The notes: generated by a model from the letters alone, not told the origin. A stretch of DNA of 64,000 nucleotides from Octopus vulgaris (GCA_951406725.2 OX597815.1:155744001-155808000); one strand, 5' to 3'. Positions 12,161 to 25,745 are shown, counted from the stretch's first letter. Numbers and translations: made by a program.

Positions 12161-15100
12161 TTCTTGCTGAAAAATTGGTAGATAAGGTACTTGAGGTAAT
12201 CAGAGTAAGTGACAGAATACTTAAGATTAGAACAGTGCTTCATCATAGATTAGCAACCATTATATCGGCCTATGCCCCTCAGCCAGGGCTACCCGATGGA
12301 CAGAAAGACAGTTTCTAGGACACCCTACTGCAGACCACCTCATTGACGAATGACAGGGACCTTCTCTTTGTGGCTGGTGACTTCAACGGGCATGTTGGAT
12401 GACATGCTGGGGGCTTCTATGGCATACATGGAGGCTACGGTTATGGTTCCCGCAACGAGGAGGGAACCAGGCTGCTAGAGTTCTGCGATGCAAATAGTGT
12501 TATGGTTTGCAACACTAACTTCAGGAAACTGACAAGCCACCTGGTCACCTACCGATCGGGCCGGCAGACTAGCCAAATCGACTACATCCTTGCCAGAAAA
12601 AAGGAAAGATGGCTGCTTATAAATGCCAAAACCTTCCCAGGCGAAGAACGTACTCCACAACATAGACTGGTAGTTAGTGACTTTAGGATCAGGACTAAGA
12701 GGACGACTAGAAGACGACCAACATGGAGAAGAAGGGTCTGGAAGCTTAAAGACCCTGCGAATGGACAGAGATTTAGAGAGATGTTACTTGAAGCCTTTGA
12801 CGAAATAGAAGGGGGTATAGCTACATATGAGGTAGAAGACAACTGGACGCTTCTGAGGGACAACCTGCTGAAAGCCACTGACCAGATCTGTGGCTGGTGC
12901 AAAGTCCCCTCGAGACCCAAAATAACGTGGTGGTGGAACAATATTGTTGACAGGGCTATTAGACAAAAGAAACAGGCTTGGAAAGACTGGAAGAACGGTG
13001 GTAGCAGGGAAGTGTATCAGACTGCCAGAAGGGAAGCTAGGAGGCAGGTGTATTTAGCCAGAGGGGAAGCAGATAAGAAAAAATTTGCCAATGTTCTGTG
13101 CCGTGAGGATGAAAGACTTGAGGTATTTTGTGTTGCAAGACAGTGTGTGAGAGAGAATCGTGACGTGGTAGGAGAGAAATGTGTTCGCAAGGATGACGGT
13201 TCACTTGCGCTAAATGAGGATGCAAAGAGAGAGGTTTGGAGACGCCACTATGAAAGGTTGCTGAATGAGGAAAATGAATGGGATAAAGAGAGTCTGCTGA
13301 ATGTTGACCCAACAGAGGGACCAGCAATCCGAGTTGACAGTTCCTTTGTAGTTAAGGCAATTACAAGCATGAAAACAGGGAAAGCCCCAGGCCCATCAGG
13401 AATTACTGCAGAGATGCTCAAAATATCTGGTAGTGTCGGCTATAGCCTAGTCACCCATATAGTTAACCAGGTGTTACACGAAGGAGTCATACCCAATGAT
13501 TGGTGTAGCAGCATAATAGTCAACTGCTGCAAAGGTAAAGGTGACGCCCTAGATACAAATAACTACAGGGGTATCAAGCTGCTGGATCAGGTAATGAAGG
13601 TTACGGAGAGGGTTATAGCCCAACTAATTAGAGAGAGAGTTAGCTTAGATCAGATGCAGTTTGGGTTCGTGCCAGGGAAAAGTACTACTGATGCTATATT
13701 CCTGGTAAGACACCTGCAGGAGAAATACCTAGCCAAAGATAAGCCCCTGTACCTGGCTTTTGTTGACATGGAGAAAGCCTTCGACAGGGTCTCCCGATCC
13801 CTTATCTGGTGGTCAATGAGGAAACTAGGGATAGATGAAGGGTTAGTGAGAGCTGTGCGAGCCATGTACAGAGACACTGCTAGTAAGGTGAGGGTTAGCA
13901 ACGAGTACAGTGAAGAATTCCGGGTAGAGGTTGGGGTCCACCAAGGTTCAGTCCTCAGTCCCCTCCTATTTATCATAGTCCTCCAGGCAATAACGGAGGA
14001 ATTCAAGACAGGATGCCCCTGGGAGCTCCTCTATGCTGATGACCTTGCTCTAATTGCTGAGTCACTATCAGAACTGGAGGAGAAGTTTCAGGTGTGGAAG
14101 CAAGGATTAGAATTGAAAGGCCTTAGAATCAACCTAGCCAAAACCAAAGTCCTAATAAGTAGGAAGGTAGACCAATCACAAACGACTTCAGGTAGATGGC
14201 CCTGCTCGATCTGTAGAAAAGGTGTAGGTAGAAACTCTATAAGATGCACCAAGTGTAAGCTATGGACACATAAGAGGTGCAGCAATGTCAAAGGAAGGCT
14301 AACTAGGAAAATAGTTTTTGTCTGTGGCAGATGCTCAGGAGCAATAAACACTGGAAATGTGCAGAGACCAACTTCTACCACGTTCCAGGGAGAGAAACTA
14401 GAAGTAGTTGATAGCTTCCGCTACCTAGGTGACCAAGTCAGTAGCAGGGGTGGGTGTGCTGAAAGTGTAACTGCTAGAGTAAGAATAGCCTGGGCAAAGT
14501 TTAGAGAGCTCTTACCCCTGCTGGTGATAAAAGGCCTCTTGCCCAGAGTAAAAGGCAGACTGTATGATGCATGTGTACGTACAGCTATGCTACATGGTAG
14601 TGAAACATGGGCTGTGACTGCTGAGGATATGCGTAAGCTCGCAAGAAATGAAGCCAGTATGCTCCGATGGATGTGTAATGTCAGTGTTCATAATTGACAG
14701 AGTGTAAGTACCTTGAGAGAAAAGTTGGACCTAAGAAGCATCAGTTGTGGTGTGCAAGAGAGACGTTTGCGCTGGTATGGTCATGTGATGAGAATGGCTG
14801 AAGATAGTTGTGTGCAAAAGTGTCACACCCCAGCAGTTGAGGGAACCTGTGGAAGAGGTAGACCCAGGAAAACCTGGGACGAGGAAATGACTAGAGACCG
14901 AGACCTATGGAAGTATGCTGTGTGTGAGAAGACCCGGCAAGACTAGTGAGACCATAACCCGTGGCCTCTACCTGGTATGTAGTCAGTCGACTTATACATA
15001 CCTTTCCTTCTTGGGATACAAAACTCCAGTTGTGAAGACCCGTTGAGGCAAGTGAAAATCAAAATCAAATCACACCAAATCAAATCAGATATCAGAAAGC

Positions 15101-15589
15101 AAAACCAAAATCGAAGTCGATCAACATCAATGGAAATTGCGGCTGTGATATCAGTGCCGGTGACAAATAAGCGAACCATCCAATCGTGGCCGTTGCCAGT
15201 GCCGCCCCGACTGGCCTCAATGCCGGTGACACGTAAAAAGCACCATCTGTTCGTGGCCGTTGCCAGCCTTGCCTGGCCCCCGTGCCGGTGGCACGCAAAA
15301 AGCATCATCCGATCGTGGCCGTTGCCAGCCTCACCTGGCCCCCATGCTGGTGGCACGTAAAAAGCACCATCCGTCCGTGGCCGTTTGCCAGCTCCGTCTG
15401 GCACCTGTGCAGGTGGCACGTAAAAAGCACCCCCTACACTCACGGAGTGGTTGGCGTTAGGAAGGGCATCCAGCCGTAGAAACACTGCCAGATCAGACTG
15501 GGCCTGATGCAGCCTTATGGTTTCACAGACCCCAGTTGAACCGTCCAACCCATGCTAGCATAGAAAGCAGACGCTAAATGATGATGATG

Positions 15590-15590
<1 letters not shown>
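12160..15590 (+). mobile_element. 5'-truncated RTE-clade LINE (APE endonuclease, RT, PHD-like finger, 3' UTR, (GAT)n tail), antisense to the host gene
   Basis: One reading frame 12160-14946 with three in-frame stops (about 12316, 12400, 14695); motifs SAYAPQ, GDFNGHVG, QIDYIL, KAPGPSG, NYRGIKLL, QFGF, FVDMEKAFD, GVHQGSVLSP, LYADD, FRYLG; flanked on both sides by (TA)n. Confidence 0.95.
12502..14697 (+). pseudogene. Largest open segment of the RTE LINE endonuclease/reverse transcriptase ORF (731 aa)
   Basis: ORF track; complete set of RT motifs; lacks the N-terminal endonuclease part and stops prematurely. Confidence 0.9.
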
Positions 15591-15620
<30 letters not shown>

Positions 15621-16784
15621 ATTAATTGTTACTTCTATTAAAAATTAAAAATAATTCAATTAGAATGCTTTTTGCACTTTAAAACAATTTATTTTTTAAA
15701 GTATTAATCAATAATAAAAAATTTTAAAATAAATAACAAAAGATAATAGTATTACATAATTAGTTAGTACAATAAATAGAACAATGTAAAAATTAGTATA
15801 TTTTACAATAAAATCTATCTATGACAACCAATTCACAGTAAAATTTACTTGAGTTATTGCTTAAGTTATTGTCAAGTCTTCACATTTTTAGTCTTGACCC
15901 AATGCCTATTTTTACCAAATAAATTTTCCTATCACATATACTATTCTACTTTGCATAGGACTTTAGCTATATTGGTACTTCAGGCTCTCATTTTACTAAG
16001 TATTCTAGTGTGTCAATATTTTAACAAAGTGATGGTACCTTTTTTAATTATAACGTTACTTTGTAAATTAAAATGAAATAATTTTTGATTTTAAACTTAG
16101 CTGCAACATTTTAAATAAAAATTTTCTATATTATCACCCTAAAATTTGAGAAACAAACACTCATAACTTTTTTCTTTTAAAAAGTGCAACACTAGCATAT
16201 CTCAACACATTGCACCTGGAAGAGAAGCATTTTGCATATTCACAAAATGCTATGCATGACTAAGATTTCCATAGATTTGAAAACATTGGTAATATTAGCT
16301 TCAAATGTTGGCACAAGACCAGCAGTTTCAGGGGAGGGATTAAGTCAATTACATCGACTTCAATAACTCAACTTGTACTTATTTCATCAACCCTGAAAGG
16401 ATTAAAGGTAAAGTTAGTGGAATTGCCCAGCATGCTTACAACTCTACCAGCTTGCTTCCTTGATAACAGTGATGATATTAACTTGAAGTGAAACCTCTTC
16501 TAAACTTGTGACCACTATATCAGACCTCAACAGTTATGGTTTTGCAATCGAAGGGTATGAGATGCCTCCAACATATCTAATGAGCAGATGAGACAGCATA
16601 GCCCTTAAAATCCCTGGATGCACCAGAAATTGTCAATTGTAGCACAGTACATATAATGAACAACTGTCTTAACATGTCAACAATATACAATGCCATCCGC
16701 AGAAAAGACGGCCTGGGATAAATATAAATAACACTGCTGCTTTTAAATACATACAACTACAACAGAAGGAATGCTGGGAATTAC

Positions 16785-17345
16785 TGTATGCAAAGTGGTT
16801 ACCTTGGTAGCTGACACCAAATTTGTATAAAAGGGAAGAGTGGAAATCTGTTCTGATTTACTGAAAGCATTTTAAACCAATGAAGACACATTTTTTACTG
16901 ATCTGGTGACATGGAATAAAATAAATGGGACCTTATTTTTATGATCTGAAAAAAAAAAGTCTCAGTTCATAGAATGATGTCATACCTCTTCTCTAAGGCC
17001 TAAGATGTTCAAGAGGTAGTATGGTGATGACCGATGTTTTGGGATAACAAAGAAGTCCTTCTCCTTGATTTTCCAGTATGTGGCTGAACTATGAACGGTG
17101 AATCAAACATCGTAACATTCAAAAGGCTTAGAAAAACCAATTTAGCAGAAGAGATGAAGTAAGGTTTTAAAGCAGATCCATGGTTGTCATGACAATACAT
17201 AGCCATGCACATCTTTAGAAACAAGTCAAGCAATTGGCAAATTGGGTTGCTCTGTTGTCCCTCCCCCCACCAGTCACTACAGCCCATATCTGGCACTCTT
17301 TGACTTCCAACTGCTTGGGCCAATAAATGAGAGTCTTTGGGATTT
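16785..17345 (+). mobile_element. Old, degraded mariner transposase relic
   Basis: Fragments KWLPW*LT, RVEICSDLL, FWDNKEVLLLDF, HDNT*PCTS, YSPYLALFDFQLLGP in colinear order. Confidence 0.8.
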
Positions 17346-20300
17346 GAGGGACAAGGCTATGGACACAATGTAAATATTCTAAACCATCATAGCCATTGTG
17401 ATTTTCTTTACTCTTGTCATTGTCGCCCTCATTGTTGTAATCCTCTTCCTACTGCTGCTGCTGCCTATCCTTGTCAGCTTCATTATCCTCATTGTTGCCA
17501 TCCTCCTCCTCCTGCTCCTCCTACTCCCCTCCTCTTTCTCCTCCTCCTTATCCTCCCTCCTCCTCCCCTCCCTTCCTATTTCTCCTCCCCATCCTCCTCC
17601 TTATCTTCCCCTCTGATGTCAAGATACAGAGAAGTCTGTGTGTGTGTGTGCATGTGTGTGTATGTGTGTGTGTGTATATATATATTACATATGTATAACA
17701 CACATACACACATACATACACGCATACACATTCAGACATAAGCTCATATATACGTTACAGATAACACTGATTTCAAAAGATCACACACATATATATATAT
17801 ATATATATACACATTTTATATATATATATATACACACACATAAGAGATGACACAGCATACAATTAGAGATGACATACACACAAATACATTTCATCATAGA
17901 AAGACATAGGCATACATATATTTGAGATGATGCAAAGACACACAAAGTGACAAGAGTAAATTAATGATGGTGTCATAGATACGCAGCATACTTCCAAGTG
18001 CAAAGAAGCCTTGTTCTTCATTACTTAACTCTATTTAGCACAAGCAATAAAACTGATCTCCTTTCTGACTTCACTGAAGCTCTTCCCTGTCTTCATCTCT
18101 ATCAATCACAATGCACTCTGAACTTATAATATAGTATCCATCTGATCACATGTACTGCTAGAAATAGCAGCATAATGTCTCTATAGTTACTTCATACTGT
18201 CTTAGAAAACGACACGTTGGATAATGTGATCCTGAGTTCCTTTGATTTGGAGATAAAATGAAGTGATCATGGATAGGGATGCTTTTGATCAGTGGCTTTG
18301 ATCAACCTACATGTGTTTGATCATATGTCCAGTCAATCAAATCTGACCTGGAGCTAAATTAGAATTACAGCAACAATTATGTACTCAGACGATGAAAGTA
18401 GTTTGTTTCTATGTAGTGACTTCCTAGAAATAGTAACCAAAATATGCATCAAATCACACCATACTGTCTTAACAGAAAGTATACTGTACATTAAATAATA
18501 TAGTCATCAACACACTGTGTTTGGAAACAAAAAAAAACCCCAACAAATAAAGAAGTACAAGATGACCAAGGCCAGAATGTTTTTAATCATACATAGGCTT
18601 CGCCAATCGAAGTGGTTAGCAGTATTTCATCTCTCTTTATGTTCTGAGTTCAAATTCTGCCAAGGTCGACTTTGCCAAGGATGACCTTTCGGGTTTAATA
18701 AATTAAGTACTAATTGTATACTGGGGTTGATCTAATCGACTGGCCCCCTCCCCAAAAATGTCAGCCCTTTTGCCTAGAGTAGAAAAGAATAATACATACA
18801 TAGGCTTGCTAGATTAAGGCTTACCTAAGGTTAAACAACAATAGCAACAACTTATTTGTCAAAAATGCCAAAAAAAAAAAAAATTGGGAAAATTCAAGAG
18901 ATAAATTATTGAAGTATAATCCCCCAAAATCTTGGCTAGTTCTTTCAACATATATAGGTGCAAGCATGGCCTATTTGGTGCATGTGTGACTGTGGTAAGA
19001 AGCTTACTTCCCAACCACATAGTTCTGGGCAAGCGTCTTCTTCTATAGCTTCAGGCTGACCAAAGTCGAGTGAGTGGATTTCATGACGGAAACTGAAAGA
19101 AATCTGTTTCACACACAAACACACATGCACGCACACATACATGTGTGTATGTGTCTTTGTGTTATTGTTTGTCGCCAACCACTGCTTGACAACCAGTGCT
19201 GGTGTGTTTATGTCCCTGTAACTTAGAAGTTTGGCAAAAAGAGACTGATAGAATAAACACTAGGTCTAATAAAAATAAATACTGGGGTTGATTCATTCAA
19301 CTAAAAGTTCCTTGAAACAAGCAAATGATAAACAATATAAAATGTATCAGATAAGATCCTGAACAAGGTGAACAAAGACTCCCAGGTCATATGGCATCAC
19401 GTTTTTGTGTAGAGCATTCGGAAACATTATAAAATCAGATTGGTAGAATGGCTATCATATTAGGAAAAATGCCTTGTGGCATTTGTTCCAGTTCTTTACA
19501 ATCTGAGTTCAAATCTCATCAAGGCCAAACTCCAAGGTCACCATGACTTTCATCCCACTGGGGGGAATATTATATTGATTGTTTGCTTGCCTCCAAAATT
19601 TCAAGGCTTGTGCAGATATTTTGTAACAATTATTTGTTCCAATGTTCCAAGTTAGAGAGAGAAAAAGAGAGAGTGAGAGAGTACATTTTAAAACTGGCCT
19701 TAAAAAGGCTGCCTGTGTGTTTTCAAGGATTCTTCAACCATAAATAAGATCTTCCCATTCATGGAAACTTTAAGAAGATTTAAAACTTAAAATATTTAAC
19801 TGTTCTTTATCTGTATTTCTCTTGCTTTTTTTTGTTTTTAGTTCTTTTTATATATAAAGCAGTATTCCTTACTCAATGTCTCATGGCTCACCCATTTTAC
19901 AGGGAGTCTTAAATTAATCATTCAAAGAATTTTTCATAGTTCAAAGAATTTCCCATGGAATATGTTATCCTTCAAGTGGTGTCATATATTTAACATGGAA
20001 GATTTTAGTTGTTGCACCATCAGTCATCATATACACACAAGGCCTTCTGTTCCATTATTTTAAAAACTAAAGTTGTAGAGTTCATACATAGATAAGAGAA
20101 ACTAAAAGGATTTAGAGATGAGTGTGCATTGGGAAGGTGGGGGTGGTATGTGTGGAAGATATTGGTTTATATTTTATTAATTTTAATTTCAGAGTTGTCG
20201 TCCTTGCATTCCTTTAAGCAAAATCATTAAAGCTAATGATTTTTTCCTTCGGTATGATTATAATTTTAATTGATTATATATAAACTACATGTCAAATTCT

Positions 20301-20465
20301 GAGAGTTTTACTAATCATAGAAGATGCTTTGTGAAAACTATGAAAGAAATTGTTGACGAATAGCAACCAAGAAAATATATGTGCATACATAGAATAGAAA
20401 CACTTGACTAATCAGATGCAGTTGTAATGTCTCAGCTGAAAATATCATCATCTCCACACACATGC

Positions 20466-20503
<38 letters not shown>

Positions 20504-20841
20504 TATATATACATATCATCATCATCATCACATCATTTAACGTTTGTTGTCCATACTGGCAGGGGTTGGAGGGTTTGACCATAGCTGGTAAGCTGGAAGG
20601 CTGTACCAGACTCCAGTCTGATCTGTCATCCCTTTCTATGGCTAGATGCCCTTCCTAACACCCAGTCACTCTAAGAATGCAATGGGTGGTTATACATGCC
20701 ACAGATACTGGTGTCATTTGCATGACACCAGTATCTGCCACAACTGTAATTTTGCTCAGGCATAACATTATACCAAAGGTCCTGATCACTGCCTCTGTGA
20801 AGTACAACACTCGAAAGGAACTCAGCCACTTTGCCTGATGC

Positions 20842-20874
<33 letters not shown>

Positions 20875-21695
20875 GTTAATCCAAACATGAAAACACAAAG
20901 AGAAAACTCAACAAAGTGAGGACATGGAACAAGTATAGTATTATTGGACGCTCAGGAAAGAAGGAAAGAAGGAGGGTTTAATGTTTTGAGCGGAGCTCTT
21001 CGTCAAAAACATAGGAAAAGGAAAGATCCAAAGAAGGGAAGACGGAGGAAAAAAAATTGCCAACGGTACACACACAGTTACATATATGCTAAACGAGAAA
21101 AACCTATTATGCTAGATAATTAGTTTATAACATCAACATTATGCCAAATCTTTAGTATAAGGACATAGCTTTAGTGGGTTTTCAGAGAAGAAAAAACGGT
21201 TATCCAATTCAATTCATAGCTAATAGTTCACCGATGGTGCATATCCCTTTAATGAAAGTTGTTGTTTACTTAGCTCATACATAAGTCTCCAAACCTAGAG
21301 AATAGAATAATGAGATTGTACGATATCTGTTCCTTCTATAACGGCACTAAAATTAAAAGTTTTCAACCAGAAAATTATCCTAGGCTCAGTTTTTGATTGA
21401 AATGTGCCCTAATTCTATTCCACTTTCTAATTAAAGAAAAAAACTGTTTCTTCATATTAAGTTTGAAGATAATATAGATTATGGATATAAATCACTGAGA
21501 TTAATTACTCCAAGACATCACCTGCATGGAAATCTGTAATTAAACTCATTAATTTAATATCATTTTAATCAAAGCTTTATTATTTTGGTCAAGGCTGGAA
21601 TGCCTTTGAATGCTGCTCTGTTCAATCAGGACTGACCCAATATTAAGCAGTAACAACAAAATTAAGAGATGCAACAACAGATACAGCAGCAGCAA

Positions 21696-22043
21696 GGGCA
21701 GCGAACTCATGGTTGGAAGATCGTGTTTTCGATTCCCAGACCAGGTGTTGTGTGTGTCTATTGAGTGAAAACACCTAAAGCTCCATGAGGCTCTGGCAGG
21801 GGGTGGTGACGACCCCTGTTGTACGCTTTTGCTCCAACTTTCTCTCACTCTTTCTTCCTGCTTCTTGTCCCCGACTTCCTATAAAACTGCTGAGCTTGGA
21901 TGCACATTCATCCATCCGTCGATGCTCTCGGTGTTGGGGATTGACCTGCTTTCTCTTCTGCGGGTCTTATGAATAGCAAAGGACCACGTTTCGGACTTCT
22001 CCCACTAAACTCTGGGACGAAGACTACTTCGCTCAACAAACAA
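21696..22043 (+). mobile_element. SINE family D variant (same head and body, different tail)
   Basis: Shares gggcagcg(a/g)actca...attcccagacc...aaaacacctaaagctcca...caactttctctcactctt with 4427-4810. Confidence 0.75.
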
Positions 22044-23389
22044 AGAGCAGCAGCAAGAGGAGCAACAATTCTTAGGCCTTACTGTGTAAACTATATTCAC
22101 CAAGATAAACTGCAGGTGGCTAAAATTGATTTATACCCCAAATAATTTTATATCTGCTGTGGCACCTCACCTCAGATTTATTTGCATCAGGGGTAAGACA
22201 TTGTCGTTTCTGTGAATTATAAGCTTGTTAAAAAAATCTGATGCATAAAGAACATTTAAACATTTTCAAGGAAAGGTTTAACTCATAAGAAGATACATCA
22301 GCTTCATTTCAAAAATTGCTACGTAGCCTCAGATTAGCAATTATTAAGCATATCAGGTAAGTTATTAGGAATTATTGTTCTGGTAGTTATGGCGTTCAGA
22401 TACATACCTGTAGTATAAAATTATCATGTAGCTTTTTTGATTTATACGCAGCTTGTAATCAGAACTAGTATCTAGTTTTCAAATTTTAATTAATTTAGAC
22501 TTTGATGCATCAACTCATTAACAAAATGTCTTTTTTTTTTCCTTTTTGGTTTGAGTTATCTACCTTGCCTTTAATTTAATTAAACATTATTCATTAATGT
22601 TTACCTGACTTTGATGCAGGTATAGTCTTTATTGAAATTATTGTGCTTATCACTTTAGAGTTGTTTGCATTTATTTCCTTATATAAGCTAATACCACTTT
22701 TATTTTTTTCTCTATCCTAAGATGAGGTTTAAGACCTGAAATGTTGGGTTCTACAATTCCTGCAGCAATTTAATTTATCAAAGGATTCTCCTGAGCTGAG
22801 GACATTTAAAGGGGAAAAAATTTCTCCAATAACACAATGGAACATCAACAAATTTGAACATGAGACTAATTAATAGGGTCTTTAAATAGTTTATAAACCA
22901 CAAAAGCATATTAGATCAGGATTAGATGAAAATGTATCTACAGTACTCCAACATCCAGACTAATACTGTATATTCATTTGTATTTTTAAGTCTGCTTTTC
23001 CATGCTTGCATGACTTAGACTAAATCTGCTTTTTGATGCATTGTTTTAGAGCCAGATGCCCTTCTTGATGCTGACGTTCACTTATTTTTGAAGTAAGACA
23101 TCACTTATTCTACACAGCTCTGAAGGCATGAAGTGCTCAGACAATTTGATTGACTGAGATGCATGCAAGCACACACACGTGCACACACACACAAACGCAC
23201 TGCCAAAATGAGAGGGTCATCACACATTTCATATATTGATATTTTGTCTGAACTAAATTTTTAATTCTAAGTTTTAATTCACCCAAAGGAAACTGTATTT
23301 TTTTCATGATGTAATTGGTGAATTCATCAGTAAAAAACATGCCTGAAACAGCTGGTCTGAACTTTGCATTCTCTCTTTATATATGTATG

Positions 23390-23448
<59 letters not shown>

Positions 23449-23455
23449 TTATATG

Positions 23456-23488
<33 letters not shown>

Positions 23489-23503
23489 ATGTATATATAT
23501 ATA

Positions 23504-23922
23504 GTTGTTGTTGTTGGCATCCTTTTGTCTCAGGTGACAATGGAGTTGCACATAAACTAATCCAGTCTGGTTTTTACATTTCGTTTCCTCTCCAGTTTTG
23601 TGCAGGCCTGGGCTAGATGTAAGAAAATCCTGGGCAGCCCAATCGTCAGGATTCCTTTCTTGACCTTGTTGACGTAGTCCAAATGGGTGCAGAGCATTAC
23701 ATTTGGCACCAGCTTGGTTGCAGGAGCTGCCGGAAGAGTGTCGAGTTGAACACTAAACCACCAACGGCGCTCTACTCCGGATTTCTTTGAAGGTTGTCTC
23801 CTTTCCGTAACCCTAAATAGGGGTCCATACCGTGTACTGTCAGCCAGACCCAGCTGAACCCAGGACTCATGTCAGGCAGGGTCATCACTCCCTGAAGTAG
23901 TGAAGAAAATCGTTACCCACTA

Positions 23923-23925
<3 letters not shown>
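23504..23925 (-). mobile_element. Short non-autonomous RTE-derived element with (AAC)n tail, inserted in (TA)n
   Basis: GC-richer island between TA runs; minus strand contains cttccggcagctcctgcaaccaagctggtgccaaatg (recalled as RTE/BovB 5' UTR-like) and ends ...gagacaaaaggatgcc(aac)n. Confidence 0.55.
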
Positions 23926-23956
<31 letters not shown>

Positions 23957-25745
23957 AAACATACCAAATCCACTTACAAGGCTTTTGGTCAGCCTTGGGG
24001 CTCTAATAGTAAACAGTTATCCAAGGTACCACACTGAATGTATTCAGATAGTCTTTGGTGGTGATTTTGTGACTGCAAACCAGCTGACTGAAGACTATAT
24101 ACATTCTACTGGAATTTTAATATAAGAGTAAAGTACCATATGCTGAAAGACTTTTAATCAGGTACTCTATCATTTCTGACAGATTTTCTAGTTTATTTAT
24201 CACATATTTTAAATTAATCTTTATATGTTTCAAATAAATATGTTATATTTTTGTACAGAGTAAAAGCAATATTGATTAGCATATATGTCCTACTGGTCCT
24301 TATTTCACTGAACCTTGAATAAGTAATTAAATATAATAATTATCAAGCTTCAGCAAAATTCATTATCTGAAAATGTTTAAATGATTGATTAATTTTAAAT
24401 TGGTTGATAAAATAAAATTTCAATATAGGATTCCATTCATCATATTATTAATTGCGTGAGTTCTGGTTTTAGAACAAGTGCGCTATGATGGACCTGCAAG
24501 TCACAAGATACTGTTTAAAAGTTTGGTGTCAGAAAAGACAGACATCTATAAACCACTGCCTCAAACATGGAATCATGAGGACTACAATTAGAAAACCATC
24601 ATGGGGGTCTTTAAAAAGTAACCTCTGATTTAGCAAGGAAAATGGATATAGAATGTTTTGTACATCTCTGCTTAAACAATGCATGTCAGAATTTTGCAGA
24701 ACATCAGATAATATATATTGTGTATTTGCGGTCAACTTTTCCTTTCATCCTCTTGGGGTCAATAAATTAAGTATCAGATACATACTGGGGTCGATCTAAT
24801 TGACTGGCCCCCCTCTCCCCAAAATTTATATTGCATATTAAGATACAAAACTTTATATTGTGTATTTAGTTACATAATTTTATGTTTTGTGTTCAAAACC
24901 CTACCACGGCTGATTTTATGTTTTATTCTTCTGGGTGGTGTGAACTTAATCAACAAATGTCTCCCATCAAAACTAATCTTCAGCTTGCAGAATCATTAAC
25001 ACATCAGACTAAATGCTTAGCAGCATTCTTAATTTTACTTTCTGAATTCAAATTCTGCCAAGATCTACTTTGCCCTTCATCCTTTTGTGATCATTAAATA
25101 AGTACCAGTTGAGCACTGAGGTTTATATAATCAATTAACCCTACTACGCCACCAACTAAATTTCAGGCCTTGCGCTTATAGTAGAAAGAATTAGCTTTGT
25201 TAAATATAGTGATGTTAGAATGCTACATGCAATACCTTGTAGTATTCAGTTACATCCTTTTAAATCGCGAGTTCAAATTCCACAGTGGTTTATTATCTCT
25301 CATCACTTCACTGTCAGTTAAATATATATCAGTCAAATAATTGCATAGAATGAATTTCAGTCAGGTTTATCCCTTCTTCACAAATGAATGTGTTTGTACC
25401 CATATAAGACTTCATTATTAATTTTCATATGACTAAAAGCTTGGTCTCGGGGCTCAATCTTAACTACATTCATGGAAATAAGACTTGCTGATTTCCCTCC
25501 AGACCTTCCTTTAACTGAAATTAGGAAATATTTTCTGACTAGAAGTCAATCAAAAACTGGCCTGGATATATTGCAATTTCTCATTGTTCTTGAGATTAAA
25601 TCTCATCAGTACCAACTTTGGTTTTCATCAATCTGGAGTAAAGGAAGGATGTCATTTTTATTGATGTTTAGTGCCCCTGGACAACAGTGGTAGAACAAAC
25701 CTGTGATAAAAAAGCATTATTATTGTGACAATACTGCATCTTTAA

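Noticed and set aside
15185-15432. Repeat/variable-spacer pattern superficially like a CRISPR array
   Set aside because: Eukaryotic context, variable parts only 6-11 nt, no cas genes; it is the LINE 3' UTR array.
14943-15548. 201-aa minus-strand ORF and overlapping ORFs with repeated peptides
   Set aside because: By-products of the GC-rich tandem units in the LINE 3' UTR.
17337-17741. Pro/Leu/Ser-rich ORFs
   Set aside because: Derived from (CCT)n and (TG)n low-complexity sequence.
22716-22748. cctaagatgaggtttaagacctgaaatgttggg, hammerhead-like
   Set aside because: The core does not match CUGANGA and the stems are weak; at most a very decayed Penelope-type remnant.
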